IMG/VR virus record: IMGVR_UViG_3300010401_000001
Location: 1-64,000 of that record
DNA: 64,000 bases
Strand: one strand, 5' to 3'
DNA from: a virus
Position 1 is the stretch's first letter, and each line of letters opens with the position of its first letter. A program made the translations under genes and the position numbers. Of this stretch, positions 28,812 to 42,899 are shown piece by piece. The notes beneath the pieces were generated by a model. That model saw only the letters and a program-made list of their open reading frames with translations, ran no database searches and was not told the origin of the DNA.

Positions 28812-29548
28812 CCGCGCCACGCGAGCGAGGGATCATCTTCAGCGCGCCGATGGTGCGAGCCATATTAGAAGGTCGCAAGATGCAGACTAGGCGCGTGCTG
28901 ACGCCGCAACCACTTTACACGCCGAGTTCAGGGCTGATTTGGAATGGTGTCGCGTACGGTGTGACGACTGACGGTCGACCATTTACAGGAACGATCGTAA
29001 ATAAGTGCCCGCATGGCAGGCCGGGAGATCGAATGTGGGTCCGCGAGACGTGGACCCACGACGCGCCAGACCTCGAGACGTGTCGTGCTGCCTATGAGGA
29101 TGCGAGTCCTGGTATCGGCTACGGTCCGTACTACCGCGCCACCGAGGTCGCTCAAGATACGCTGAAATGGCGACCAGCGATCTTCATGCCGCGCTGGGCA
29201 TCTCGCATTACGCTCGAGATCGCCAAGGTGCGCGTTCAGCGCCTGCAGGAGATCAGCGATGACGACGCGCGGGCAGAGGGCGTCGATCCGTACACGCCGC
29301 CGACCGGTCATATCTCGCCGGACCAGCGCGTCCCAGGGCCGGGATTCGAAAACTGCCGGCTCGGCGACCAACCGCACCGGCTACCGTTCGCTGACCTATG
29401 GGACTCCATCAACGGCAATCCGCGCGCCATGCTCGACGACGACGGCAATCCCGTGCTCGACGATAACGAGCGCCCGATTATGCACCCACCGAAGTCGTGG
29501 GCGAGCAATCCTTGGGTGTTTGCGATCACTTTTCGGAGGATCCAATGA
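28808..29548 (+). CDS. ASCH/PUA-like phage protein
   Basis: ERGIIFSAPMVRAILEGRK.QTRR...GDR.WVRET...MPRWASRITL...W..NPWV. Confidence 0.85.
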   Translation: MTAPRERGIIFSAPMVRAILEGRKMQTRRVLTPQPLYTPSSGLIWNGVAYGVTTDGRPFTGTIVNKCPHGRPGDRMWVRETWTHDAPDLETCRAAYEDASPGIGYGPYYRATEVAQDTLKWRPAIFMPRWASRITLEIAKVRVQRLQEISDDDARAEGVDPYTPPTGHISPDQRVPGPGFENCRLGDQPHRLPFADLWDSINGNPRAMLDDDGNPVLDDNERPIMHPPKSWASNPWVFAITFRRIQ

Positions 29549-29934
29549 AGCCAGTCGATCAAAGCACTTTTGGTTTTCCCGGCGGAAACTGCTTCTCAGC
29601 GTGCGTAGCGTCGATGCTAGAAATCCCGCTTGCCGACGTTCCATATTTCATGGCCGATGACCGATGGTTCGAGAAATTCAAGCGCTGGCTTGAGCAGCGG
29701 GGATTCTGGGCGGTGTGCTTCAAGCTCGACGGCGACTGGCTGCCTGATGGGTTACACATCCTGTCCGGAAATAGCCCGCGCGATCCAGAAAACCCAGATG
29801 CGCTGCACAGCGTGGTGGCGCGCGGAAACGCAATCGTCCACGACCCACATCCGAGCCGGTCCGGTCTGTTATCGCGCGATGACGTCGTGCTGCTGATCCC
29901 GCACGACCCAGCGCAGATCGGAGCACGGTCATGA
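29545..29934 (+). CDS. Conserved phage protein, possibly papain-like (Cys-His-Asp)
   Basis: GNCFSACVAS...HSVV...VHDPHP. Confidence 0.7.
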   Translation: MKPVDQSTFGFPGGNCFSACVASMLEIPLADVPYFMADDRWFEKFKRWLEQRGFWAVCFKLDGDWLPDGLHILSGNSPRDPENPDALHSVVARGNAIVHDPHPSRSGLLSRDDVVLLIPHDPAQIGARS

Positions 29935-30094
29935 CCATCGCCTGCTCAACGTCACGCCTTCCACATGTACAGAGTATTCCTCGAACTTTGTCCGTCACAC
30001 GCACTGCCACATCCGACATCCGACCCCACGTCACCGACGGCATCCCGCGAGCAACCGGCGGGTGACACGTCACACACGCCATCGAGGTTCAGAG

Positions 30095-30253
30095 ATGACG
30101 AACTGTCATTACGCCGCTACGACGCTCGGCTTCCTGGCCGCGCTTTACCTGGCAACCGGCCACCCCGAGCACAGCGAGCTCGTCTACGTCCGGCTGCTCA
30201 CGCACATCGTGCTGCACGAAGGTACCGGCGCGGAATGGAGCTACGCGTCGTGA
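30095..30253 (+). CDS. Hypothetical small protein
   Basis: ORF only. Confidence 0.35.
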   Translation: MTNCHYAATTLGFLAALYLATGHPEHSELVYVRLLTHIVLHEGTGAEWSYAS

Positions 30254-30296
30254 ACGGTCAGCGAAGCATCTGACACTGGTTCGGTACGATGCTGCA

Positions 30297-30737
30297 ATGA
30301 CCCCGTCAACTCAAGTGAGCCGCTTCCTCGACACCGCCGCCGCCGCGGTCTACCTCGGGTTCCGCACCCGGGCAGGGATCCGCTCGCTGGTCTACTCGGG
30401 CGAGCTCGTACCCGACGGTCGCGGCTACCGAGGCGGCTACGTGTTCCTACCCGAGACGCTTGACGCGTGGACCCGCTCCCGCATGGAGTCGATGCATGGA
30501 CGACGAGGGCATCAAGCAGCTCGGCAAGAACCTGTGGGCGGTCCGCGTCAAGCGGATCAGCGCGGCGACGGGCAAGACGGTGAACCGCAAGGCGACGGTG
30601 AGCGGGAGCAAGGCCGACGCGCGGCGCAAGCGCGACGAGCTTCGCGCGGAGCTCGCCTCAACGCAGGCGGCGCGACCGCGGACGCAGCTCAGGTCATACG
30701 CGACATCGTGGCTCGGGCGCAGAGCCGACGACCCTGA
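30297..30737 (+). CDS. Excisionase-like MerR-type HTH; tail overlaps int out of frame
   Basis: FLDTAAAAVYLG...IRSLVYSGEL...LDAW. Confidence 0.75.
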   Translation: MTPSTQVSRFLDTAAAAVYLGFRTRAGIRSLVYSGELVPDGRGYRGGYVFLPETLDAWTRSRMESMHGRRGHQAARQEPVGGPRQADQRGDGQDGEPQGDGEREQGRRAAQARRASRGARLNAGGATADAAQVIRDIVARAQSRRP

Positions 30738-31602
30738 GACGAAGGCGACCACGGTCCGCAAGTATGGCTACGGGCTCCAGCACATCCTACCCGTGCTCGG
30801 CGACCTGTACCTGGACGCGATCGCGCCGGCGGACATCGAGCGCTACGTCGCGTTCCGCATGCGCCAGGTCGGCCTCAAGGGCGGCAACACCGTGCTCAAC
30901 GAGCTGCGGCTGCTGCGCACGCTCGCGCATGATGCGCACCGCAACGGCTACTGCGACCGGGTCTGGACCGACGGCGTGCGCCAGCCCAGAGTCCGCGAGT
31001 ACGACGAGACCAGGCCGAACCTGCTGACCGGCGAGCAGTGCGACCGGCTCCTCGCCGCGATCCCGACGCAGTGGCGCGCGCTGGTTCTGTTCCTGGTCAC
31101 CACCGGCCTGCGGTTCGGCGAGGCGTCGGCGCTGCACTGGGAGGACGTCTCGGGCGGGCAGGCGACGATCCGGTACACCAACGACCGTGGCAGGCTGACG
31201 ACCGTCAAGACGCACAAGAGCCTGCGCCGCGTGCCGATGCTGCCCGTGGTGATGGAGCTGCTCACCGTCAAGTCGAGCGGGCTGGTGTTCCCGTCGCGGA
31301 AAGGGACGCTGCACAAAGGGTCGCCGCTGAAGAAGGTGCTCGACGCGGCGTGCGCGGCGGTGTTCGGGCCGGGCGGGCTGCGCGTTACGGCGCACGGGAT
31401 GCGCAGGACGTTCAATAACGAGGGCCGCTTGGTTGCGAGCACGCTGGTGCTGCAGTCGATCACCGGCCACGCCACGGACGCGATGACCGCGCACTACTCG
31501 ATGGTCGGCGCCGAGGAGAAGGCGGCGGTGAGTCGGGCGGTCGCGGAGCGGGTCGGGGCGGTGGAAGGCGCGGCGAGGAAGGGGCCAGAGCAGGTGAACT
31601 GA
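30496..31602 (+). CDS. int: Tyrosine integrase
   Basis: TGLRFGE, K, HGMRR, TGH, HY catalytic residues. Confidence 0.95.
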   Translation: MDDEGIKQLGKNLWAVRVKRISAATGKTVNRKATVSGSKADARRKRDELRAELASTQAARPRTQLRSYATSWLGRRADDPETKATTVRKYGYGLQHILPVLGDLYLDAIAPADIERYVAFRMRQVGLKGGNTVLNELRLLRTLAHDAHRNGYCDRVWTDGVRQPRVREYDETRPNLLTGEQCDRLLAAIPTQWRALVLFLVTTGLRFGEASALHWEDVSGGQATIRYTNDRGRLTTVKTHKSLRRVPMLPVVMELLTVKSSGLVFPSRKGTLHKGSPLKKVLDAACAAVFGPGGLRVTAHGMRRTFNNEGRLVASTLVLQSITGHATDAMTAHYSMVGAEEKAAVSRAVAERVGAVEGAARKGPEQVN

Positions 31603-31606
31603 GCGC

Positions 31607-31635
31607 TTGACGGCGCGGCCGAGTATGTACATAGT
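31607..31635 (+). promoter_or_regulatory. Sigma70-like promoter
   Basis: TTGACG-17-CATAGT; ATG 7 nt downstream. Confidence 0.65.
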
Positions 31636-31642
31636 ATGGACA

Positions 31643-31849
31643 ATGAAGGCTGAGCCCGCAGAGATGGCGACCGCGGACAACCTGACCGACGCGCAGATCG
31701 ACGAGTTCCGGTATTCACTACCGCGAGGTCATTTCGCGCTGCAGTGGACCATCGATTCGATCGTCGATCCGCCTGGCAACCGCCGCAATAATGCGCGGCG
31801 AGAAGTCGCTGCGCTCATCAACGCCCGCGCGAAGGCGGTGCGGAGATGA
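31643..31849 (+). CDS. Small protein, paralog of the C-terminus of 35514-35840
   Basis: 59-codon shared segment. Confidence 0.75.
   Translation: MKAEPAEMATADNLTDAQIDEFRYSLPRGHFALQWTIDSIVDPPGNRRNNARREVAALINARAKAVRR
31667..31843 (+). repeat. Direct repeat copy 1 (177 bp)
   Basis: Aligns codon for codon with 35661-35837. Confidence 0.95.
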
Positions 31850-32064
31850 CCGGCCGACCTCGATCCACCGCGCCCAAGCGCGACCAGCTCATCAAGATCC
31901 TCGTGACGCCCGAGCTCTGCGCGCTGGTCACCGCTGCCGCAAAGCGCGAAGGGCGCTCAGTCAGCGACTGGGGTCAGCGGCTGTTCGAGCGCGAGGTGAC
32001 CGCGATGGCGGATCGGGATACCGCGCGCGCGGCGCCCGGCAGGGCGCGGCGAGGTGGACGATGA
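31846..32064 (+). CDS. Ribbon-helix-helix regulator
   Basis: IKILVTPE....V.AAAKREGRSVSDW. Confidence 0.7.
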   Translation: MTGRPRSTAPKRDQLIKILVTPELCALVTAAAKREGRSVSDWGQRLFEREVTAMADRDTARAAPGRARRGGR

Positions 32065-34408
32065 GCACACCGTGGGACGACTGCAAGATCGCGATCGGCG
32101 TCGACAACGACGAACCGTTCAACGACAGCCAGATCTTCGACAACCTTTGCGCCGGTCGCGGCCTTCCGCGTGGCTGGGTACTCGATGAGGTAGACGGTCG
32201 CGGCGCGCGCTGGGTTGCCGTGTTCCGCGTTGCGGGCTTCCCGACCGCGTACGCCGGCAAGCGCGTACGCTCCACGCTGCGCGCGATCGGAGCGCTCACG
32301 TGAACGCTGCGCCTTCTACGTCAGCAGCGAATACGCTGCGCGCCGTGAAGCTCAAGAGCACCGAGCTGCGCGCCCATCTACGCAACCTGACCGCAGTCGT
32401 CACGCGTGCGATCGCGGATATCGACGCCGAGATGCGGACCCCGTCGACCGCTGATCGTGGCAAGCGAATCGCGCAGATCTGCAATAGGATGCAGCTCGCC
32501 AACGATATGGCCAAGCGGTTCGGGCTGTCGCGGCGTCGGCCGGCGAAGCCGAGGGGCTCGCGATGAAGACGGCGTCCAAGTACGAGCGAGGCGATCGCGT
32601 GGTCAGCATCGCTAGCTGGAACCGCCGGACGGCAGGTACCGTTTCGCGCGCTGGACGCGGCGTATCCGTCACGGTCCGCTGGGACGGCGGAAATAATGAC
32701 GAGCGCGTTTTTCTGGACAACATCCGCATTGAGACACCTGATGATGTCGCCAAGCGCGAGCACGAAGCAGCGCTGCGCGCGTGGCGAGATCGCCGGCCGC
32801 AGACCACGGTCGCGCGCGTAGACCTCGATGGTAGATGGGGCAGGGGCGGCAACGAAGAGATCGGCGCTACGGCGGTCACGCGGACGCCAGCCGAGATGCG
32901 CACTGCAGCCGAAGAGCTCCGCGCGCTCGCGGACTGGTTTGAAGCGCGACCCGCGGTGGTTGTTGTCGCGCAAGGAGGCAAAGGACGATGAGCGACTGGA
33001 AGGAACCCAAGCGCGGCGAGATGGTCACCTGCGAGACCGTCGCGGCGATCGTGCTTCACGCGCGCCTCATCACGGACCGCGAAGTCCGTCTCAGCGGCCA
33101 CCGAACGCCAAAACCGCTAGCCTTGTGCGGATCACCGGTCGACTGGGACACGCAGCGTCCAGTTAGCGCGGTGCATTGCCGGTCGTGCCTCGCAGCCCTG
33201 GCAGGGAGCAGCCGATGACTACTGATCACGAAGCAACTGAGGCAACTGAGGACGTAGCAACGCCAGAGGACCAACGTGTCTGCGACTGCGGCGCCACGCC
33301 CGACCCATCGGAGTCGCCGACCGCCGGCGACTACACCGAGAATGGCATCGAGAAGTACATCTGTCTGCGTTGCTGGGCACGCGAGAATGGCAGCGATGGC
33401 GGAGTGATACCATCATGACCGTCACCAGACCAACCGCCGAGGAGACCGGCGCCACCGCGCGCCGTTACCTCGATAGCGCGAACCGCGAGGTCGCCCGCAT
33501 GGCGGCTGGCGTGCTGCTGCTGGCCGAGCGCTGTCTCTGCCGGGGTTCGTTCCGCTGCACGCCGTGCCTGGAGGAGATGGAGGCCGACGGGATGCACGAT
33601 CTCGACATCGAGGCCGCGCGCGGCGACATGCTGCTCACGCTCGAGCTGCTGCGGCTGCTCCCACCGGGCACGCTCATCACCTGCCACAAGTGCGGAGATT
33701 CGTCACCGGCTCCAGGTGACGCAGAGTTCTGCGGGTGCGGCGGAAAGCAGACCGTGAGCGAGGCGATTCGCTGGTACGAGAGCCAGCTGAAGGTTCTGAG
33801 CAAATGAGCGTCGACACCGCTGAACGCGATCGGCTCGTAGCTGCGATCCTCGCGATCGTCGAGGATTGCGTGCCATGAAGCTGTCCGTTCCGCATCCCGG
33901 CGAAGGGTCGCCGGCCATCGGAGACGAGATCGCGTGGCGCCGCGAGCTGAAGCAACTGCGGGTTCGCGTTGCCCAGCTTGAGGCAGAGCAAGGAGTCCGC
34001 CAGGCGCCATCGATCGAGGTCAGGCGCGGCGAGGTTCACGGCCCACGATGTGGGATTCCATGCGGAGTGGTCGTCAGCGAGGAACAGCCGCGCGTTGAAT
34101 GCGCGGCGTGTGGCACGAAGCTCGACCCGATCGAGGTGCTGCGCGACTACGCCAGGCATGAGCGGAACTTCTGCTACTCGCTTGAGCACCTCCGCAAGGA
34201 GCAGCGTGACCTGACGTCCAAGATCGAAAAGCTCAAGGCATTGTGGCTTCGTCTACGCGGCAAGGTACGGATGCAGATGCCGGAGCTTCCTGATCGCGAG
34301 GGCTCCCGGAAATGGGACCGCGACCAGTGGATGAACTGGCTCGTTGAGCGGGTCCTCGCGTATGCGACCGCGGATGATGTGACCAGCGAAGTAGGTGGCG
34401 AGCTATGA
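32061..34408 (+). other. Run of coupled small hypothetical genes: 32061-32303, 32300-32566, 32563-32991, 32988-33218, 33215-33418, 33415-33807, 33875-34408; several with CxxC
   Basis: ATGA/GTGA overlaps and codon bias. Confidence 0.7.
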
Positions 34409-34439
34409 AGGGCCACCGGGGCGATGTCCGGCCAAGTAG

Positions 34440-34664
34440 GTGTCCTGAATGTGTCCCGATGATGCTCGTCATGTTCGAGTCAACTTAGCAAGGTATCATA
34501 ATCTTTGAGGAGCCACCCAGATTTGAACTGGGGAATGGTGGTTTTGCAGACCACTATATTACTGAACTAAGTACTGAACAACACAACCTAACCTATGAAC
34601 ATCACGCAAGCACGGGAACGACAGGGCAACATCGGAATGGGCCGGATGTGTCCTTGAGGTGTCC
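34440..34664. mobile_element. attP: core is the 3' half of tRNA-Cys(GCA) (about 34508-34555, minus strand), with arm-type repeats
   Basis: Minus strand GTGGT-CTGCAAA-ACCAC...CCCAG-TTCAAAT-CTGGG-TGGCTCCT with no 5' half; GTGTCC pairs at 34440/34451 and 34648/34659; TACTGAAC twice. Confidence 0.85.
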
Positions 34665-34687
34665 CGTGCGGCGCGAGGAGAACGCCC

Positions 34688-35320
34688 ATGACCAAGAAGA
34701 TCACGAACACGACCCAAGAACTCGTCGATCGCCCCGAGATGATGCTGGTGGATATGCTCGCCGGCGGACCAGGGGCGATCGAGCGCTCAGAGGCGCGCGG
34801 ACAGCGCGAGCTTGTCTGCGCCGCCGTCCTGCCGACCGATGGGCTCGGTCTTCAGTACCCGCCACAGCGCGCCGTCTGGGAGGCGATGGGCATCAAGCTC
34901 GGCGACCAGGTCGCAGGTGACGAGATGTTCACCAACGTCTCGCTGCCGGTTGATTGGCTGAAGCGACCGACCGACCACTCGATGTGGTCGGAACTGATCG
35001 ACGATCGCGGACGGGTGAGGGGCCGCATATTCTACAATGCCGCGTTCTACGATCGATCGGCCAGCATCACGCCGGTAACGCGGTTCACGGTCAGACGGGA
35101 CTTCGACCGCGTCGACTACAGCAAGGTCATGCAGTACCGGGTGCTCGACTGCGGCAAGGTGGCGTTTGCCAGCTCGGAGCATCCGATCCCTATCGTCAAC
35201 GGCAAGCAGGACTGGGAAGCGACAGATCGTCTCGAAGAGCAAGCGGTGGCCGAGTGCAAGGCGTGGCTCGAACAGCACGGGTACCCGGACTTCGCGAACC
35301 CCGCGGCGTACTGGGCGTGA
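34688..35320 (+). CDS. Conserved phage protein
   Basis: GAGGAG site; IE.SEARGQ.EL...LP..W....TDHSMWS...D.RGR.R..IFY.AAFYDR. Confidence 0.8.
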   Translation: MTKKITNTTQELVDRPEMMLVDMLAGGPGAIERSEARGQRELVCAAVLPTDGLGLQYPPQRAVWEAMGIKLGDQVAGDEMFTNVSLPVDWLKRPTDHSMWSELIDDRGRVRGRIFYNAAFYDRSASITPVTRFTVRRDFDRVDYSKVMQYRVLDCGKVAFASSEHPIPIVNGKQDWEATDRLEEQAVAECKAWLEQHGYPDFANPAAYWA

Positions 35321-35513
35321 TTCTGTCCCAGCATCGCAACAACGAGCCGCGACGAAAGCGCGGCGCATGAAAGGACGACGAAAGTGAACATCACAAAAAC
35401 CGAGGTAACTGGCGAACGGTTGAGATCGAGGTGTCATTCTCTGCCGCGCTCGTCTTTCCGCGCTCGACGAGCGCGAAGCTAGCGGAACCTCCACAGCAAG
35501 CGGAGCCAGTACC

Positions 35514-35840
35514 ATGACGACGACCCACGCCAGGCCACGTCACCTCTATCGCCTTCCCGACGGTCGCGAAGTAGCGATCATCTTCGACCATGGCGAAGTC
35601 CCGCCGCAGACGTCGGCGTTACAGATCGAGAGCGGTGAGGTCGTCCCGATGACGCTCGTGGCGACCGCTGACAACCTTACCGACGCACAGATCGACGAGT
35701 TTCGCGAGTCGCTACCGCGAGGTCATTTCGCGCTGCAGTGGACCATCGATGCGGTCGTCGATCCACCGGGAAACCGCCGCAACAACGCGCGACGCGAAGT
35801 CGCCGCGCTCATCAACGCCCGCGCGAAGGCGGTGCGGTGA
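35514..35840 (+). CDS. Hypothetical protein with duplicated C-terminal domain
   Basis: Contains repeat copy 2. Confidence 0.7.
   Translation: MTTTHARPRHLYRLPDGREVAIIFDHGEVPPQTSALQIESGEVVPMTLVATADNLTDAQIDEFRESLPRGHFALQWTIDAVVDPPGNRRNNARREVAALINARAKAVR
35661..35837 (+). repeat. Direct repeat copy 2 (177 bp)
   Basis: Aligns with 31667-31843. Confidence 0.95.
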
Positions 35841-36193
35841 TGCTGCAGGACGACTCGGTTTCACTCGCCGCACAGCCGACCACCATGACCGAGCAAGACT
35901 GGCGCGCCCTTGGCGAGCGCCTCTTCGGCGCGAGCATGGACCAGTGGCGCTTCAAATGCCCGACCTGTGGGCACGTCATGTCGATGGAGAAGGCCCGCGC
36001 CATGCCAGAGGAGGCCAAGGCCAAGCTGCGCAATCGCTGGTCAATCGAACAGGAATGCGTCGGTCGCTACCTCACCGATCAGGGCTGCGATTGGTGCGCG
36101 TACGGCCTGTTCAGCGGCCCGTTTTTCGTCACGCGTGGCGATAAAACGACGCCAGTGTTTGGGTTCGACACCTCACCTGCAGAGGCCCCATGA
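35837..36193 (+). CDS. VVA0879-like Zn-binding protein
   Basis: WRFKCPTCGHV...ECVGR....GCDW.AYGLF. Confidence 0.7.
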   Translation: MMLQDDSVSLAAQPTTMTEQDWRALGERLFGASMDQWRFKCPTCGHVMSMEKARAMPEEAKAKLRNRWSIEQECVGRYLTDQGCDWCAYGLFSGPFFVTRGDKTTPVFGFDTSPAEAP

Positions 36194-37564
36194 AGATCGA
36201 AGACGGCATGACCACCGAACAACGTGCGGTGCAGGATAGCCTGGAGGCCAAGGCGCGCGACCTTGCCAGGACGCTCGACAGGTCGCTCAACCCGGCGATG
36301 CGGAATCCTCGCGACAAGGAGAAGCGCACCGTCGGGTTCGCGCTATTGATCTTCGCGTTCGGCGACGCGCCGCAGCCGGCGACCTGGATCAGCAACGCGG
36401 ATCGCGGTGACATGATCCATGCGGTCGAGGAGTGGCTCGAGCGCGCGAAGGCGCGGACGTGAGCGCCGCCTTCCACCGCGCGGTAGCGCTCGACACCCGC
36501 ATCAGCGTTGCGGTCGCCGAGCTCAGCGTCGGGATGCTGATCGACCCGCGGCTGTGCGCGCGGCTCGGCATCGGCGCCGAGCTCGACCAGGTCGTGGCGA
36601 CGCTGCAGCGTAACCTCGACACGCTGCGGGCCGAGCTGCGCCGCATGACCGACGACCCGTATCCGCAGCAACCAGGCGAGAGAGGACCGACGACATGAGC
36701 GACGATAGACCGAGCATCGCGGAGCTGAAAGCGAGCATGGACGCCGCAGACCCGGCGCCATGGTACTCGAGCACAAGCCGATACCAGTCAGACTGCGTGT
36801 TCACCGGCGGACCCGATGCGGCAGTCAACGGAGATGCCCGCGTTGTGGTTCAGGCCAACCCAAACTTCCCGTATCGCGGCAACCTGGATGGCATCGTGGC
36901 AATGCGGAACGCCGCGCCGGTGCTGCTCGAGATCGCAGCGGCTGCGCTGGCGTTGAAGCAGGCTGGTATCGAAGGTGACGAGGTGATTCGTCTGATGAAC
37001 GCCGCAACCACGGCGGATGAATATAGTGCAGCCTGCGCGTTGGCTCCGCGCGTCGAAGAGAAAAGACGTGACGCGCTGCGCGCTCTTGATGTTGCACTGT
37101 CCAAGGTGCGACCGTGAACTCGGCGCCGCTCACCAAGTCGTCGGCCGAGACCGTTCAGACGGTTGAGCACCATCACCTGAGCCACCGGCGCAACGTGGCC
37201 GCCGAGCCGTGCGATTTCTGCGGCGCAGAGGTAGGCCGTTCATGCCGACGGAGGCAATGGAACGCAGCCACCCGTAGCTACAAGCCGGTGATTGGCAGCC
37301 GGGTGCGCGCGCCGCACATGACGAGGTCGGCCCAGTGAAGGTCGACCTCGACGACCTCGAGCACAAGGCTCGATTGCAGAACCACGGCGTGCTGTGCGCT
37401 GAGCCGCCTTGTTGTTGCTGCGCGCCAGTAACTATTGCGCTGATCGCTCGCATCCGCGAGCTCGAGGCCGCTGCGCGCGAGGTCGCAGATGCTCCTCACC
37501 GACATGCTCAGGCCGGCCGCATCGGAATCATGCGGTCGGTGCTCGACAAAGGCGTGGTGTTGCC

Positions 37565-37568
<4 letters not shown>
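36190..37568 (+). other. Run of coupled small hypothetical genes: 36190-36462, 36459-36698, 36695-37117, 37114-37338, 37335-37568
   Basis: Overlapping start/stop codons. Confidence 0.7.
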
Positions 37569-40972
<3,404 letters not shown>

Positions 40973-40982
40973 GGTAGGGTAA

Positions 40983-41156
40983 ATGATGAAGCAAAAACCG
41001 AAACAAAAACTAGCACTTCGACACGAAACCATCCGCCAGCTGGAGGCGCTCGACCTGCGCCGCGCCGTCGGTGGTGACGGCGCGCCGCTGGCGTTCGACA
41101 CCGGGCAGATCCACTGTGGGACGAGCGTCGCGGCAGCGACGGCCGGCGGAGGGTGA
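40983..41156 (+). CDS. RiPP-precursor-like peptide (57 aa; below the ORF-track cutoff)
   Basis: MMKQKPKQKLALRHETIRQLEALDLRRAVGG|DGAPLAFDTGQIHCGTSVAAATAGGG: KLxLxxETIRxL leader plus double-Gly site. Confidence 0.8.
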   Translation: MMKQKPKQKLALRHETIRQLEALDLRRAVGGDGAPLAFDTGQIHCGTSVAAATAGGG

Positions 41157-41167
41157 GGCATCGACCG

Positions 41168-41220
41168 ATCTAAATTCGCCATGCGAAACTTGTTGACATT
41201 TCGCATGGCGAATTTAGATT
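41168..41220. promoter_or_regulatory. 21-bp perfect inverted repeat enclosing a promoter
   Basis: ATCTAAATTCGCCATGCGAAA (41168-41188) and its complement (41199-41219); TTGACA in the spacer; TAGATT 16 nt downstream. Confidence 0.8.
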
Positions 41221-41226
41221 AAGGGA

Positions 41227-41685
41227 ATGACGAACACGAACGCCGGTACCACCGTAAATGAGTCCACGATTGCCCGCGTAGCGAAGTACATCGCCCAACC
41301 GTACGGCGCCCTTTGGGCGTCCATCGCCCACGATCTCGTCGGGGCCCGTCTCTCCGAGGTCGCAGCCGAGCTTATGGATTCCGCCGAGGGCGATCCCGAC
41401 CCCGATGTCAGCGCGACCTGGCGCGCCTGCGCGTTCGTGTTAGCCGAGGATGCGCGTCAGGCGGCTCCGACGCAACCCGTGGCGCGCGGGCTGGCTGACG
41501 TTGCGCAGATCGTCGGCGAGGTCAGCGTGGTCGCCGGCGCGGCACGCTGGGCCGCCGGTGCAGTCGCACTCCACGTCCGCCGCGCCCTCGACCGGCGCCG
41601 CCAGGAGCAACTCGCCGGTATCGAGCCGAGCTCGCTGATCGAGCTTGACGAAGTTCCCACGGCTGGCAAGCAGGTGTCGCGATGA
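41227..41685 (+). CDS. Hypothetical protein
   Basis: ATG 6 nt after the -10 box. Confidence 0.65.
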   Translation: MTNTNAGTTVNESTIARVAKYIAQPYGALWASIAHDLVGARLSEVAAELMDSAEGDPDPDVSATWRACAFVLAEDARQAAPTQPVARGLADVAQIVGEVSVVAGAARWAAGAVALHVRRALDRRRQEQLAGIEPSSLIELDEVPTAGKQVSR

Positions 41686-42899
41686 TCGCCGTCGACGCCG
41701 CGCGTGGCATGCACGTCGGAGAATTGCGCCGTCTCCGCGATGACCCGGTCGCGCGCCGACAGGTCGAGCTCCGTGATGCCGGAACGGACATCGTGCTCGG
41801 CGTGCTCGACGGACTTGGCTACCGCTACAGTGGCACCGGCGGCTGGCACATCACCGCGTACGCCACGCCCGAGCATATGCTCGGGCTCGTGAATATCGCC
41901 AAGGGGATCGCGGTGCTCACGTCCGTGCCACTTGATTCGCACATCGTCGAGGCGTTGACCGTACCGGCTCAGGCCACCGGACCGCAGGTGAGTGGCGCCG
42001 CGGCGTGGACATCGCCCGACGCCGGCGAGGGGCACCGGGCGAGCGCTCCCGAGGGATGGGTGCAGCTGTTCGTCGACGTGAGAGCCTCAGCTCGTGGGGA
42101 GCCCTACACCGCCGCGCGGCGAACGCCGGCGCCGCGGATCACCTGCCGGGCTCGCGTCGTGCGATGGGGGCTGGCCACGTGCTACGAGGGCCGGCCCGGC
42201 GACCCTGGGCCGCGGTCCCTTGCGCCGCGGGAAGGCGACGAGCTGGAGCCATTCGCCGACTGGCCACTGGACCGCGAGATCCGCCGGCGAATGGCCGCCG
42301 TAGCCGATGACCGCCTCCGCGCGCTGGCTAGGCGACTCGCCGTCGTCGCTGGAGTTGATCTGGAGCCGTACCTCGCGCGGCCGCACTCGCCGGGTCTGTC
42401 CAGTGCCTGGCGCGCGGCTGCGCTCCCATACCACCCGTTAGGATACGCCGGGGCGCGCGACGTCGCGACCTCGGTCACGTCCGCCGCGCCACATCGCCTG
42501 CTCCGCGAGCACGGCGTCACGTGGTGCGCAGCCTGGGAGACGAACCATGTGGCCGGGGCGAGCTACCACAGCCTGCTCGAGCAGCTACTGCGGCGCATCC
42601 TCGTGCAGCGCCTCGAGCCGATCGCCGCGGCGATCCGCGAACAGCTCGAACCGCTCAGCGACATGACGCCGGCGCCCGGCCAGCAGGAGCACATGCCGCT
42701 GCATGCGCTGCACGCCGCGATGGAGCCTGCGGTCGCCGCGTCGATCGATCCGATCGCCAAGCGGCTGCTCGGCTACTTCGACTTAGATACTAGGAAAATG
42801 ACCAGGCCGGTGCGCGCCGAGCTGCTGGCGATCTACTACTCAGCCGGGCCGGTCGTTGTCGACATCCCGCACGACCAGTCCGGCCGGAGGGATTCGTGA
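41682..42899 (+). CDS. Hypothetical protein (405 aa)
   Basis: Long coupled ORF. Confidence 0.65.
   Translation: MIAVDAARGMHVGELRRLRDDPVARRQVELRDAGTDIVLGVLDGLGYRYSGTGGWHITAYATPEHMLGLVNIAKGIAVLTSVPLDSHIVEALTVPAQATGPQVSGAAAWTSPDAGEGHRASAPEGWVQLFVDVRASARGEPYTAARRTPAPRITCRARVVRWGLATCYEGRPGDPGPRSLAPREGDELEPFADWPLDREIRRRMAAVADDRLRALARRLAVVAGVDLEPYLARPHSPGLSSAWRAAALPYHPLGYAGARDVATSVTSAAPHRLLREHGVTWCAAWETNHVAGASYHSLLEQLLRRILVQRLEPIAAAIREQLEPLSDMTPAPGQQEHMPLHALHAAMEPAVAASIDPIAKRLLGYFDLDTRKMTRPVRAELLAIYYSAGPVVVDIPHDQSGRRDS

Noticed and set aside
34508-34555. Functional tRNA-Cys gene
   Set aside because: The 5' acceptor strand and D arm are absent; treated as the att core.
31667-35837. Diversity-generating retroelement template/variable repeat pair
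   Set aside because: Differences are mostly synonymous third-position changes, not adenine-specific, and there is no reverse transcriptase in the window.
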